From a virus (lineage: Duplodnaviria > Caudoviricetes): a stretch of 64,000 nucleotides of DNA. Below the pieces are notes generated by a model that was not told where the DNA came from, did no database searches, and was given only the letters and a program-made list of their open reading frames with translations. The stretch spans positions 9,899 through 73,898 of the IMG/VR virus record IMGVR_UViG_2974723488_000001. The stretch is one strand, 5' to 3'. Below are positions 36,821 to 46,721 of the stretch, one piece after another; positions within the stretch are counted from its first letter, which is position 1, and every line of letters begins with the position of its first letter. The position numbers were made by a program, and so were the translations under genes.

Positions 36821-38848
36821 TTAGCCAAGCACACCGGAGCGTCGATCAAGCCAATTTTGCAGACGTTCCGTGGAACGTTTGTCGGCCTTCTGAGACGTAG
36901 TGCCGGTAGTCTTCGGAGCCAGTTCCTGTTTCCGACGTGCTGCCCACTGGTTGTCCACTTCTTGGAGTTGACGAGTCAGTGCTTCGACACGGGCCTGAGC
37001 TTGCTCTTCCGCTTGAACCAAGGCAGGAAGGTTACGAGCCAGGGAAGGATTGGTACGCATGGCCTGCTGGAGCTTCACACGTTCCGCATTGGCAGCTTGA
37101 GCAGCCTTGGAGGCATCTTCAATCTGCTTGGCGAAGTTGCTACGCATCTCAGCCACTGCCACACGTTCCGGAGCATTTCCACGAGCAAACTCATTGTCCA
37201 GAATCTGGTTGAGCCGGTTCGTGTTGATACCCAGGTTCGTCTTGGAGTCGTTATCCGTAGGACCACCACCGACCCAGGAAGTGAACTGATCCCAGCCACG
37301 ACCAATACCAGAGGTACGGCCGGAGCCAGCAGACGCCTTCAAAGCTTCGATCACCGTGGCATCGTTGATCGGCACACCTTGTGCAGCCATACGATCCTTG
37401 GCTTGTTCAATGTGCTGCATCAGCCACTGCTTGTCAGCACCTTCAAACGCACCACCCTTGCCGGTCAGTTCCGGCAACAGTTCAGAAGCAGGGCGAAGAT
37501 CACGGATCGAACGGTCGAAACCATTGACCAGAGTACCCGAAGCTTCTTGAGCACGACGGTTCAATGCATCCAGTTGTGCGATACGAGCTTGTCCAACAAT
37601 CTCTTGCACCGGATTGAGATCGATACCAGTGTCTTGAGCAGAAACTTCCCTGCCTGCAATCTCTTGACGGGCCTGACTCCAAGGGATGTCCTTGTAGTGA
37701 CCAACCTTCGAGTTGTTCAGAGCAGCCCAAGTCTTGGTGAGATCACCACCCTTGCGGTCGTTGTACAGAGCTTCAGCGATCTTCTCTTGGTTCTCCGGCG
37801 ACATGGGCATGGACTTCCAGTCCGGACCCAGTGCCTTGGGGCCATACTCTTCCAGGGTTGCCTTGTTGATCTGGTAACGACCAACAGGAGAGTGACCCAG
37901 ATTGGGATCCTTGATCATGCCAGCCTGATGTTCCAGCACATCCGAGATGCTCATCGAAGTGATGGGACGGCTGGTAGGCGTGAACTTGAAGGTAGCGTCA
38001 TAGGACGAGCCTTGGCGAGTACCGGCAGTACCAGGAGCAGAAGGAACAAAACCACCTTGTGCTTGCTGAGGCTGATCGGAAGGACCAAAGCCCAGACCAA
38101 TCTGAGCACCTACCAGACGACGAGCAGCCGGGGACAGGGAGTTGATACCCGAGGCCACGTTCCGCTGGTACTGTTCTTCGCTGCCCGAGGACATGCGGTT
38201 CGACAGGAGGTAATCGGATGCTTCCTTACGGGCAGCATCTTCTTCCATCCGGTTGCTCAGGTTGTATGAAGCCGAAGCATTGGAGGTCATTGCTCCTTGG
38301 TTCGACAGGGTACGACCTTCAGCAGCTTGGGTATCAGCCATCAGCTTCTGGATCTGATCGGTACGCAGACCCTTCAGGGCAGGATCTTGCAGAGCTTGTT
38401 GCACCACACGAGGGTCACCCGAACGCTGGGCAAAAGCCAGAGCACGGATGGCAGGATCGGCAGCTTCCAGACGCTGGTCAGCATCAATCTGACGACCGAA
38501 GTTGTACTTGTTCTGAGCAGTGGACTGTACTTGAGCAGCCTGACGCACCAGATCGTTGGCACGGGAACCAAGGCCAGCCAAGGTCTCTGCCGACAGACGA
38601 GAGGGATCGATGCCACCCAGGATGGAACCATCCCGCATGGCAGCTTGGTAGGCTTCCGGGTCGTTGATCTGCAACGCACGCTGCATCACTTGGTTCCCCA
38701 AGTTGGCCTGATCTGCTTGCTGGAAATTCCCCAGCGAAGCAGCCAGCCGATCCAGACCACCCGTCACCCCTTGGTTGAATGCACGAATGCCTTCAAGCGC
38801 ACCCGAACCGGATACGCCATCGACATTTCGCCAAGTGAGTTGGGCCAT
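36821..38848 (-). CDS. internal virion/ejection protein with lysozyme-like domain (gp51-like)
   Basis: MAQLTWRNV start; central MSISDVLEHQ...VGRYQI...PENQEKIA...TWAAL resembles muramidase folds. Confidence 0.8.
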   Translation of the reverse strand: MAQLTWRNVDGVSGSGALEGIRAFNQGVTGGLDRLAASLGNFQQADQANLGNQVMQRALQINDPEAYQAAMRDGSILGGIDPSRLSAETLAGLGSRANDLVRQAAQVQSTAQNKYNFGRQIDADQRLEAADPAIRALAFAQRSGDPRVVQQALQDPALKGLRTDQIQKLMADTQAAEGRTLSNQGAMTSNASASYNLSNRMEEDAARKEASDYLLSNRMSSGSEEQYQRNVASGINSLSPAARRLVGAQIGLGFGPSDQPQQAQGGFVPSAPGTAGTRQGSSYDATFKFTPTSRPITSMSISDVLEHQAGMIKDPNLGHSPVGRYQINKATLEEYGPKALGPDWKSMPMSPENQEKIAEALYNDRKGGDLTKTWAALNNSKVGHYKDIPWSQARQEIAGREVSAQDTGIDLNPVQEIVGQARIAQLDALNRRAQEASGTLVNGFDRSIRDLRPASELLPELTGKGGAFEGADKQWLMQHIEQAKDRMAAQGVPINDATVIEALKASAGSGRTSGIGRGWDQFTSWVGGGPTDNDSKTNLGINTNRLNQILDNEFARGNAPERVAVAEMRSNFAKQIEDASKAAQAANAERVKLQQAMRTNPSLARNLPALVQAEEQAQARVEALTRQLQEVDNQWAARRKQELAPKTTGTTSQKADKRSTERLQNWLDRRSGVLG

Positions 38849-38860
38849 GTTGTTCTCCGT

Positions 38861-39388
38861 TTAGCGAGTCAGACGGTTGCGAGCGATGTACTCATCAGCC
38901 GATGCTTGATCGCGGCCTTCCGTGACCGCACGAGAGCGAGCACGGTCTTCCAGACTGGTGTTGTAAGACTTGATCTGGTTGGTAAGGTTCGTCTCGGTGA
39001 CGCCCTTGTTGAAGTTGAATTGGTCACGAGCCAACTTGTTGGCTTGCATGCCCGAGTAGATACCACCGATGGACGACAGAAGACCCAGACCCAATTGCAG
39101 AGTCGGGATATTCATGCCCAGGCCACCGAAGATACCGCCATTGCCAGCAGCACCTGCGGCGCTGGAGCCAAGGGAAAGAGCACCACCGCCACCCACACCG
39201 GGCAGAGCACCTGCGACAGCAGGAGTGGCACCAGGCATTTGGAGACCAGTGGAACCACCACCCAGGCCACCGAACAGGCTGGCCCCTTGAGTGGAGTAAG
39301 AGTTGATGGAACTCAGGTCATTGTTACCGCCCCACGAGAATTGGTAGGGCGGCATGACGAGACCAGTTCCAGAAGCGGAGTCGAACAT
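38861..39388 (-). CDS. ejection protein (gp52-like)
   Basis: Gly-rich with a hydrophobic helix; NQIKSYNTSLEDRARSR. Confidence 0.8.
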   Translation of the reverse strand: MFDSASGTGLVMPPYQFSWGGNNDLSSINSYSTQGASLFGGLGGGSTGLQMPGATPAVAGALPGVGGGGALSLGSSAAGAAGNGGIFGGLGMNIPTLQLGLGLLSSIGGIYSGMQANKLARDQFNFNKGVTETNLTNQIKSYNTSLEDRARSRAVTEGRDQASADEYIARNRLTR

Positions 39389-39398
39389 ATTTGCTCCA

Positions 39399-42047
39399 TT
39401 ATTCCAGTTGAAGGTTCATTGCGGAAAAGTTGCCGATCATGCTCATAGACATGTCAGCAATGTCACTACCCGTCATCAAGGTTCGAGCCAAGAAGGATTC
39501 ACGGGATTCCGTAGTGTCCGTCAGCACGTCAGTCAGAGAGCGGGGATCAATCACACCGTTGCTGTAGCCGAAGTCTTGTTCGTACTTCTGTTGCAGGCTC
39601 AACATCTCCTTATTGTAAGCCTGCATCATGTCTTCAGTCTTCTTCAGAAGTTCCTGAGTACCAGCATTGATGTACTGAGCTACTCCATTACCCATGGCCG
39701 TGGTCAGCTTCAGCAGGTTATCCGCCCGCATCATCTGGCCCATCATGGTGGACATAGAGGTTCCAGAAGCCATTGCCGTGCCTACTTGGATCGCAATTAG
39801 GGACGCAATGGTTCCAATAATGGCACCCAGCTTTTCCCCGAAAAGCATGTTGGCACCCTTCTGGATGATGGAAGTCAGAATCATCGCAGCCATGGCATTG
39901 GCAATCGCCCCTACGATGACAGCAGCCAGCCCAGTGAAACCCAGGGCAGCACCAACGGCAACGTTGGTTCCGAGAAGACCAGCACCAGCACCACCGGAAT
40001 AGACAGCAATCACCACGATGACGACGATCACCACCACCTTGAACAGTCCAGTCTGATACCACTTCTTCTTCACCTTCTTGTAGCTGTTCAGCACAAGGTA
40101 GTTGGAAGCAGTAGCCATCTGAGTGGAACGAACCAAAGGCATGGACCGGAAGATGTCTTCGTGCAACGGGATGATGAAGCCAGATTCCTCGGCATCATTC
40201 AGGGCTTCACGGGAGTCAATGTCCACCGACTTGCCGTCGTACACACGGTTCTTGTGGTTGGCTCCATAGATGACCATCTGACGCCAGTTGTTCGGAGACA
40301 CCTGCCATTGCATGGTCATCTTCTCAATCTTCTTGGATCCCAAGACATCGAAGGTATAGCCACTGTCATCCCAGCTACGGTAGATCACCGGATACTTTTC
40401 ATTCCCATTATCGATGAAGCGAAGCTGTCCCGGCTTGGCTCCTGCCCATGCCTGCCCAGAATTCGAGGTGTACTCCAACATAGACCACGAGATCTCCATG
40501 TCGTATTCCATACCCGTCGAAGAGCGGATGCGGAAAGACTTGGAGGGCATCACCGGAAAGGAACCACGGGGAGGCTCTGGCTTACCAAACAAAGGGTTCT
40601 CGTAATCACGCTGGGAGTTGTACCAAGCAGTCCACTCCTGCTCCATCCGGTAGGCTTCGTAGTACGCAGCTTTCCATTGAGCCATGGTAGGGTAGTTCGG
40701 ATTCGGGGGCGAAGACTCCAGCATCAACTGGAAGAACCGGAAAATGTACTCCTTGGCAGTGTGCTCAGGCGTGTTCAGGGAACAGCCAAACACACCGTAG
40801 ATGTATTGGATATCTCCGATGTCCTTGTTCTTCTGCAACTCCTTGACGATCTTGGAGAGCTTACCCCCCGTGGCTCGCCGTAAGGCTTTATTGGATGCTT
40901 CCAATAGAGAGCCACCCACCCAGTTCTTCAACTTGATGGGGATGAACGGGAAGAAGCGTTGCCCCGTATTGTTCGCCTCAAACATTGCATCCAGCACAGG
41001 ACGGCCAGTGCCTTGCTTGTAGATGAATATCTTCAGCGGACCAACCGGAAAGCTCTTCGTCTCCTGGTAGTCCATGCGGTAGGAACGAGCAAAGCGTTGC
41101 ACATCCTTAGTGGTCTTGCGAACAGTGGTCTTGGTAACCCCACCTTCCACTTCTTCTTCCGTGGTCGTGGTGACTTCCTGTTCTTTCGGACCCAGTTGAT
41201 GGAAGTGGAACATGTAGTTCTTGCGACGAAGAATGGCACTGGAACCAGGGACAACACCTAGGTAATCCGTCTTCGTGTAGACAGCTTCAGACACCGTATA
41301 AGTGTCAACGTAATCATCTTCCCACACATCACTGTAAGGGGGACGACCATCGGACCAAGTAATCGAAGTCTCGACCTTGGTATGGATATTCACTTCCTCA
41401 TTGTGGGCATTGTTGCTAACCAATTCCCAACCAGTGGTGGAGGGGAAAGGATCCGTAGGACCAATGCTTACCGGCACTCCAGTGACATATGGAGCCACAG
41501 AGTCAGGTGAAGCAAGGTTGTACGAGCAGTACAGATACAGTGAACCAGGGTTGAGATCCACAGGCGCAAAGGTGTTCTTGGACTGATCGGGGTACGTGAT
41601 GGTGATGACACCATTGTTGTAGTCCGACTCCCAAGTACCCATTGCCTTATCGGGACGATTGTTCAGCACATACTGGTCAGCCCAGTACGTGAAGTCACCA
41701 TACCCGATCTCAGCGGATTGAATAGCCACAGACTGCCCCGGAAGTACCGGGATCTGAGTAGCGATCACGTCATTGTTCAAACGACCAACAGTGGACAAAG
41801 CCCCGTAGGCAATGCCCACTATCGGTTCGTAGTTAGGACGCGCCCACCGGGCAAAGTTACGCATGCGAATCCCTGGCCCATTCAGGTACGACTTCGGGAT
41901 GAGTTCCCCCATCGAAAAGTTCGTTTCCGACACGACACCCGAAATGACGTTCACTTTCAGGTAGTCGGAGCGGTCCTTGATGTCCCCTGCCAAGTTATAG
42001 ACAGAGGACGCCACATAGACCTTGGTGGAACCAGAGAAGAAACCCAT
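39399..42047 (-). CDS. gp53-like structural/membrane-associated protein
   Basis: MGFFSG...VASSVYNLAG start; KKKWYQTG followed by long hydrophobic segments; 882 aa. Confidence 0.8.
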   Translation of the reverse strand: MGFFSGSTKVYVASSVYNLAGDIKDRSDYLKVNVISGVVSETNFSMGELIPKSYLNGPGIRMRNFARWARPNYEPIVGIAYGALSTVGRLNNDVIATQIPVLPGQSVAIQSAEIGYGDFTYWADQYVLNNRPDKAMGTWESDYNNGVITITYPDQSKNTFAPVDLNPGSLYLYCSYNLASPDSVAPYVTGVPVSIGPTDPFPSTTGWELVSNNAHNEEVNIHTKVETSITWSDGRPPYSDVWEDDYVDTYTVSEAVYTKTDYLGVVPGSSAILRRKNYMFHFHQLGPKEQEVTTTTEEEVEGGVTKTTVRKTTKDVQRFARSYRMDYQETKSFPVGPLKIFIYKQGTGRPVLDAMFEANNTGQRFFPFIPIKLKNWVGGSLLEASNKALRRATGGKLSKIVKELQKNKDIGDIQYIYGVFGCSLNTPEHTAKEYIFRFFQLMLESSPPNPNYPTMAQWKAAYYEAYRMEQEWTAWYNSQRDYENPLFGKPEPPRGSFPVMPSKSFRIRSSTGMEYDMEISWSMLEYTSNSGQAWAGAKPGQLRFIDNGNEKYPVIYRSWDDSGYTFDVLGSKKIEKMTMQWQVSPNNWRQMVIYGANHKNRVYDGKSVDIDSREALNDAEESGFIIPLHEDIFRSMPLVRSTQMATASNYLVLNSYKKVKKKWYQTGLFKVVVIVVIVVIAVYSGGAGAGLLGTNVAVGAALGFTGLAAVIVGAIANAMAAMILTSIIQKGANMLFGEKLGAIIGTIASLIAIQVGTAMASGTSMSTMMGQMMRADNLLKLTTAMGNGVAQYINAGTQELLKKTEDMMQAYNKEMLSLQQKYEQDFGYSNGVIDPRSLTDVLTDTTESRESFLARTLMTGSDIADMSMSMIGNFSAMNLQLE

Positions 42048-42049
42048 GA

Positions 42050-42949
42050 TTAGCCCAGTGCGTTGTTTGCCTTCAGGGTGCCGAGCACGCCATCCAGCGA
42101 AGAGTTCTGGAAGTTCGACGGGGGCGACAGACCTTCGTCAATCGTCTTCATCGTGATCCAGGCATCCGTGAACAGCTTCGCAGCCTTCACTTCAGCATCT
42201 CGTTTGTAGCTCGTGATCTGTTGATCATAGAGAGCCTTTTGCTTGCCAGTCAGACCAGTCACCGGCAGACCATCCGAACGGATATCCGTGGTCTGGGATC
42301 GTTGGCTTTCCATTTGCTCATTGACCATCTTGATCTGAGCCGTGGTCAGCTTGGTCTGTTCAACAGCATTGGAGGTCTGTTCCTTCAACAGAATGAACTG
42401 TTGGGGGAGCATGGTGGACAGGTTGTACTGAGCCGTGCAGTAGCCCACCGATTCGGTGGAGAGCTTCAGCTTAGTCAGTGCATAGCCAGCCTTCGTGCTC
42501 AATGCCTCGAACTTGGCATTGATGAACTGAGCTTTCAGGATACCCAGTTGAGCACGTTGGGAGATGACCTGCATCTGAGTCAGTGCAGCCTTCCAGAATG
42601 CTTCATCACGACCCAGGAGATACTGGGTAGCGTTGGCCATGCAGGCTTCAGTCAGGGCAATGTATGCCTTGGTGTATTCAGCACCGGCAATCTTGCCCGA
42701 CTTGTATTGCTCTGCCAGATGTTCCTTCACGGACATCATCAGGTAGTCGAACGTACCCGTACCATCCACCACCTTTGTAGTCAGGTCTTCATTGGTCAGC
42801 TTCGGGAGTTCGCCAAAGACGGGGTTATTGATACCCCCCGGCAAATCCCAATCCGTACCCGACATATCGATATCAGGGAGTTCAAAGTCCTCGCCTGCGA
42901 TGAGAGCACGGAATAGGGAATTGGCTTCGAGTTCAGCACCGCAAGACAT
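42050..42949 (-). CDS. tail tube/structural protein (gp54-like)
   Basis: 299 aa; GTGTFD, YTKAY, GKQKALY; synteny. Confidence 0.78.
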   Translation of the reverse strand: MSCGAELEANSLFRALIAGEDFELPDIDMSGTDWDLPGGINNPVFGELPKLTNEDLTTKVVDGTGTFDYLMMSVKEHLAEQYKSGKIAGAEYTKAYIALTEACMANATQYLLGRDEAFWKAALTQMQVISQRAQLGILKAQFINAKFEALSTKAGYALTKLKLSTESVGYCTAQYNLSTMLPQQFILLKEQTSNAVEQTKLTTAQIKMVNEQMESQRSQTTDIRSDGLPVTGLTGKQKALYDQQITSYKRDAEVKAAKLFTDAWITMKTIDEGLSPPSNFQNSSLDGVLGTLKANNALG

Positions 42950-42971
42950 AGCGTGCTCCTATTCTTGGTTC

Positions 42972-43003
42972 AAAAAGAAACGGCCCACAGAGTCTGTGAG
43001 CCG
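42972..43003 (-). terminator. Rho-independent terminator
   Basis: Minus strand CGGCTCACAG-ACT-CTGTGGGCCG-TTTCTTTTT. Confidence 0.8.
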
Positions 43004-43025
43004 TGGTCAGGGTAGAGCTTAACCC

Positions 43026-43721
43026 TTAGTCGCCGTTCGTGCTACCGGCTGCGATCTGTGCCTTGCGGAGATCGTCCAGTTCTTCCTGCGTCAGCGGGGG
43101 CAGGACTTCGATGGCGAACTCGCGGACCCAGGAGGTTTCCACCTTCTCGCGGCCAGCACGGTCCTTGCCGACACGGATGTTCAGGAACTTGCGCTCCTTC
43201 ATCATCTGGTAGATGCACCAGGGAATGTGGTAGCCGTTGTCGGTCTGTTCACCGTAGGGAACGAACTTGCGGATCGTGCCGATGTATTCGTTGGCGACGG
43301 TCAGGATCTCGCCGGGCAGATCCTTCTTCTTCGGATCCAGGTTCTGGATACGGACACGCACCAGACGGGTCTGTTCCAGACGCAGCTTGGTACGGAATTG
43401 AGCCGGGGTCAGTTCGGCTTCGGGCTTGTCTTCACCCGTGGCTTGAGCCAGGGGATTGACCGGGGCAGCGGCCGGAGCGGATGCAGCATCACGCTTGGCT
43501 TCATGTTCTGCGATCTTGGCTTTCAGGGTCTCGACGCTGATGTTGTTCGAGAACTTCACACCCATCAGGGTGGCACGTTGCTTCAGCAACGCCAGTTCAT
43601 CGACTTGCAGATCATCGTTGTCGTTGCCAGCCGGGGCGGTATTCGTGGCTTCGGTGGCACCGTTGCTCTTGGCTTGGTCGTCGTCGCCATTGGCAGCAGG
43701 AGTCGGATTCAGGAGGCTCAT
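43026..43721 (-). CDS. gp55-like protein
   Basis: LKQRATLMGVKFSNNI, RLVRVRIQNLDP, LPPLTQEEL; follows the capsid gene. Confidence 0.8.
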   Translation of the reverse strand: MSLLNPTPAANGDDDQAKSNGATEATNTAPAGNDNDDLQVDELALLKQRATLMGVKFSNNISVETLKAKIAEHEAKRDAASAPAAAPVNPLAQATGEDKPEAELTPAQFRTKLRLEQTRLVRVRIQNLDPKKKDLPGEILTVANEYIGTIRKFVPYGEQTDNGYHIPWCIYQMMKERKFLNIRVGKDRAGREKVETSWVREFAIEVLPPLTQEELDDLRKAQIAAGSTNGD

Positions 43722-43741
43722 GGTAGTTCCAGTAGGGGATA

Positions 43742-43770
43742 GAGAAATGGGAAGGGGTTTCCCCCTTCCC
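43742..43770 (-). terminator. terminator after the major capsid gene
   Basis: Minus strand GGGAAGGGG-GAAA-CCCCTTCCC-ATTTCTCT. Confidence 0.72.
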
Positions 43771-43786
43771 TTGGTTCAGCCCAGCA

Positions 43787-44992
43787 TTACAGCGGGGCGA
43801 CGGTCTTGATCAGACCCAGACGTTCCGGACGCTTGACCAGGATACCGTAGTACCACTTGATCGAGCTGAACCCGGTTTCGCCGTAGGGATCGTTGCGATC
43901 CGCCGTTTCACGGCCCGGCATCTTGGTCATGATGGTGAACTTCACGCTCTTGCCGTCGGTCTGGAAACCGATGGTCGTGAACGAGTCGTCACCCACCACC
44001 AGCATCGGGAACACGTCGTAGTGTTCCGCACCGCCCTTCATCGAAGTACGGTAGCCGGGGTTGGCCGAGGTGGCAGCAGCGCCGACACCAGCCCAGTGCA
44101 GCATTTCCGGCACCTGGATGATGCGGAACTTGTCGATGGTGCCGATCTCGCCGTTCATCAGCGTACCGGCGTCACCGTAGTGCTGGATTTCGATGAACGC
44201 CTTGTTGCCGAACAGATCCTTCATGCCCTTGAGGTGCGGAACCAGTTCCGAACCGACGTACATGACACGGGTGGCGCCGATGACACGGGTATCGACCATG
44301 GTCGAACCGGTGATGATCGTGGTCTGGGTCGGGGTACGGTTTTCGGTCAGGATCTGGTCCAGACGCATCAGGTTCTGGTACGACACCACCGAAGGCGTGG
44401 CACCTTCACCCGTCACCGTGGAGTCGGAGACGGCGGCACCGGCGTACAGGATCGTACCGGCCGAGGACAGCAGGTCTTTCTGGAGGACGGCTTCCGTCAG
44501 TTGAACGGCCGAGTTCAGCAGTTCGCGGGACAGGTGTTCCTTCAGTTGGTCGTCCGAGTCGAAGTCCAGGCTTTCCTGCGTGAACTCGTAGAAGTAGCCG
44601 AACTTGTGCAGTTGGCCTTCACGAGCCAGGCGGGTGAAGCCGATGCGGTTGACGCGGCCACCGTTCTCGGTCAGAACCGGCAGCTTGCCGACGATGGTGC
44701 CGATGTCCTTGGACGAACCGTACAGGTTGCCATTGGCGATGGTCACACCGTTGGCGTCGATGCCTTGGTCGTTGATGTTGCGGTCGTCCAGAACCGGAAC
44801 GTATTCGTGGACCTTGATGGTCTTGCCGTAGTGCTTCGGCATGTTCGTGACCGAGGCCAGCGGCATGAAATACTGTTCCTTGCGGGCGGTGATGATCGCC
44901 TTGCGGAGCCAGTAGAAGGTGTTCATCTGGTCGGAACCAGCACCGTCGATGCTCGACTTTTGCCCGTCGATGGGGGCGTTGTAGTTCAACAT
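43787..44992 (-). CDS. major capsid protein (N4 gp56 family)
   Basis: 401 aa; [46 protein letters not shown]. Confidence 0.95.
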   Translation of the reverse strand: MLNYNAPIDGQKSSIDGAGSDQMNTFYWLRKAIITARKEQYFMPLASVTNMPKHYGKTIKVHEYVPVLDDRNINDQGIDANGVTIANGNLYGSSKDIGTIVGKLPVLTENGGRVNRIGFTRLAREGQLHKFGYFYEFTQESLDFDSDDQLKEHLSRELLNSAVQLTEAVLQKDLLSSAGTILYAGAAVSDSTVTGEGATPSVVSYQNLMRLDQILTENRTPTQTTIITGSTMVDTRVIGATRVMYVGSELVPHLKGMKDLFGNKAFIEIQHYGDAGTLMNGEIGTIDKFRIIQVPEMLHWAGVGAAATSANPGYRTSMKGGAEHYDVFPMLVVGDDSFTTIGFQTDGKSVKFTIMTKMPGRETADRNDPYGETGFSSIKWYYGILVKRPERLGLIKTVAPL

Positions 44993-45004
44993 GACACTTG
45001 TCCT

Positions 45005-46324
45005 TTAAACGCTCTTGGGAGCGGGCATTTTCAAAATTTCTTCATCGCTCATCGCCATGTAATTGACGACGGGCGACACCTTACGCGGAGCACTCCGACT
45101 CGGGGATGCCGCACTTGCTTGCTTGCCGTTCGTCACTTCCGGTTTGGGAGTGGCGACTCGGGTTGCAACCGGAGCCGTAGCAGCAGGTGCTGCCTTGGAA
45201 CCAGGAGGGGTATCTTTCACTTGGGCCGGTTGACCGAGTTTGCCCTGTTCTTTCAGGTAATCGCCCACGGTCTTATAGGCTTGGATGAACGACACACCAG
45301 CAGGAATCTGGCCCAGAGTACGGAGATGGTCGATCTCAGCAGTGATGATGTCGTAGACACCGCTTTCACGTTGCTGGTGAATCGCCTTCACCAAACCCGG
45401 GTTATCCAGGAGAGCCTGCTTGCTGGCTTGATCCCAGGAAGTCGAAATTGCCTTGACCGTTTCTTCACCCTCGGGAGTGGACTTGACGTCTTCCAGTTCA
45501 GTGATGAAGCGAGCTTCGGAATCCGAAATCTTGTGATTGCCTTCTTGGTACTGCGGATCCGTGGAGGTATCGATATCCATCGGATCGATGTTTGCATCTT
45601 TCAGCAGCTTCTTGATCGCCTCGGGGTTCTTCTTCTCGATGTCGATCAAGAAGGAGAGCTTGTCCTCGTTGAGCAAGCCTGCGCTTTCCAGCATCAAGTG
45701 CAGCTTACGGTAGGGCTGAAGCTCCTGCATTTTGCGCGTGTAGTTCGCGCCTTGCTGCATCAGGGCAATGGCTTCTTCAGGACTCCGTGCCTGAACCATC
45801 TTGCCATTGGCCTTGAAGGGCTTCATGAGCTGCTCGTAAGCGCTCTTGTAGTCGAAGTCGGCGGGGAGATCGTTGGACTGGGGGGCATCTTTGCCCTGCT
45901 TATCCGCTCCTCCCTTACCCTGGCCGGGGTCAGTGTCTGCGGATGCCTCCTTCGTAGGCTCCTTGCCGGTGCTATCGGCTTCATTGGTGGCAACTTTACC
46001 ACCATTTTCTTCTTCTTTGCCAGTCGGGGACGGTTCTTCAACCGTCTTCGATGCGCCTTCGACTTCCTTCGAGGGTTCTTCAACCCCGTCTTTCTTTTCC
46101 AGAGCGGCCAGTCGTTCAGCCTCTTCCTGCTGACGACGAGCCTCTTCGTCCACTTCAGCTTGCTTGGCAGCAGCTTCTTCGGCGTCGAGTTCTTCTTGCG
46201 TCTTGGCAGTCTGGGTATCCGAGTTGCTCTGAGTGACCGGCGGAGCGCTGGTCATGTTCAGAATCTGTTCATCCGACATTTCAAGAATGTCGGAAGCCTT
46301 TTGGGTATTGGCTTCCGTACTCAT
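45005..46324 (-). CDS. gp57-like protein (scaffold candidate; often labelled tape measure)
   Basis: Acidic N-terminus, PFKANGK, LMQQGANYTRKMQ, MSDE repeated at both ends. Confidence 0.8.
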   Translation of the reverse strand: MSTEANTQKASDILEMSDEQILNMTSAPPVTQSNSDTQTAKTQEELDAEEAAAKQAEVDEEARRQQEEAERLAALEKKDGVEEPSKEVEGASKTVEEPSPTGKEEENGGKVATNEADSTGKEPTKEASADTDPGQGKGGADKQGKDAPQSNDLPADFDYKSAYEQLMKPFKANGKMVQARSPEEAIALMQQGANYTRKMQELQPYRKLHLMLESAGLLNEDKLSFLIDIEKKNPEAIKKLLKDANIDPMDIDTSTDPQYQEGNHKISDSEARFITELEDVKSTPEGEETVKAISTSWDQASKQALLDNPGLVKAIHQQRESGVYDIITAEIDHLRTLGQIPAGVSFIQAYKTVGDYLKEQGKLGQPAQVKDTPPGSKAAPAATAPVATRVATPKPEVTNGKQASAASPSRSAPRKVSPVVNYMAMSDEEILKMPAPKSV

Positions 46325-46351
46325 GGTGTAGTTCTCCTGAACCAGTTAGGG

Positions 46352-46714
46352 TTAGCCGACGTATTCGTTCGGGTCTTCTTCTTCCGGCTGGCGGGCACGT
46401 TCCAGTTCCGCTTCCAGTTCCGGGATCGAAGCACTGGCCGTGCCGGTCAGTTGTTCGGTGACCGCCAGCCAAGCGCGCAGGTAAGCCGAAGCTTGAGCCA
46501 TGCCCAGGGCATTGGCACGCTGGTCCGGAGTGCAGGTCGGGTCGATGGACTCGGCCAGATACGAACGGGCGGCTTCACCGCAGAAGCCGTCGATGATCAC
46601 CTTGCGGAACAGGGCATTGCCCATCAGCTTCCGCAGGTTCTCGTTCAGTTCACGGGCCTTCTTCGATTGGGCGATCTGGTGTTCCAGACCGGCGATTTGA
46701 CGTTCTTGCGACAT
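46352..46714 (-). CDS. gp58-like protein
   Basis: 120 aa between portal and gp57; FRKVIIDGF. Confidence 0.75.
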   Translation of the reverse strand: MSQERQIAGLEHQIAQSKKARELNENLRKLMGNALFRKVIIDGFCGEAARSYLAESIDPTCTPDQRANALGMAQASAYLRAWLAVTEQLTGTASASIPELEAELERARQPEEEDPNEYVG

Positions 46715-46721
46715 GTGTGTC

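Noticed and set aside
26406-36824. Long + strand ORFs (862, 471, 1189 and 462 aa) opposite vRNAP
   Set aside because: Antisense shadow frames caused by codon bias of the real gene; no motifs.
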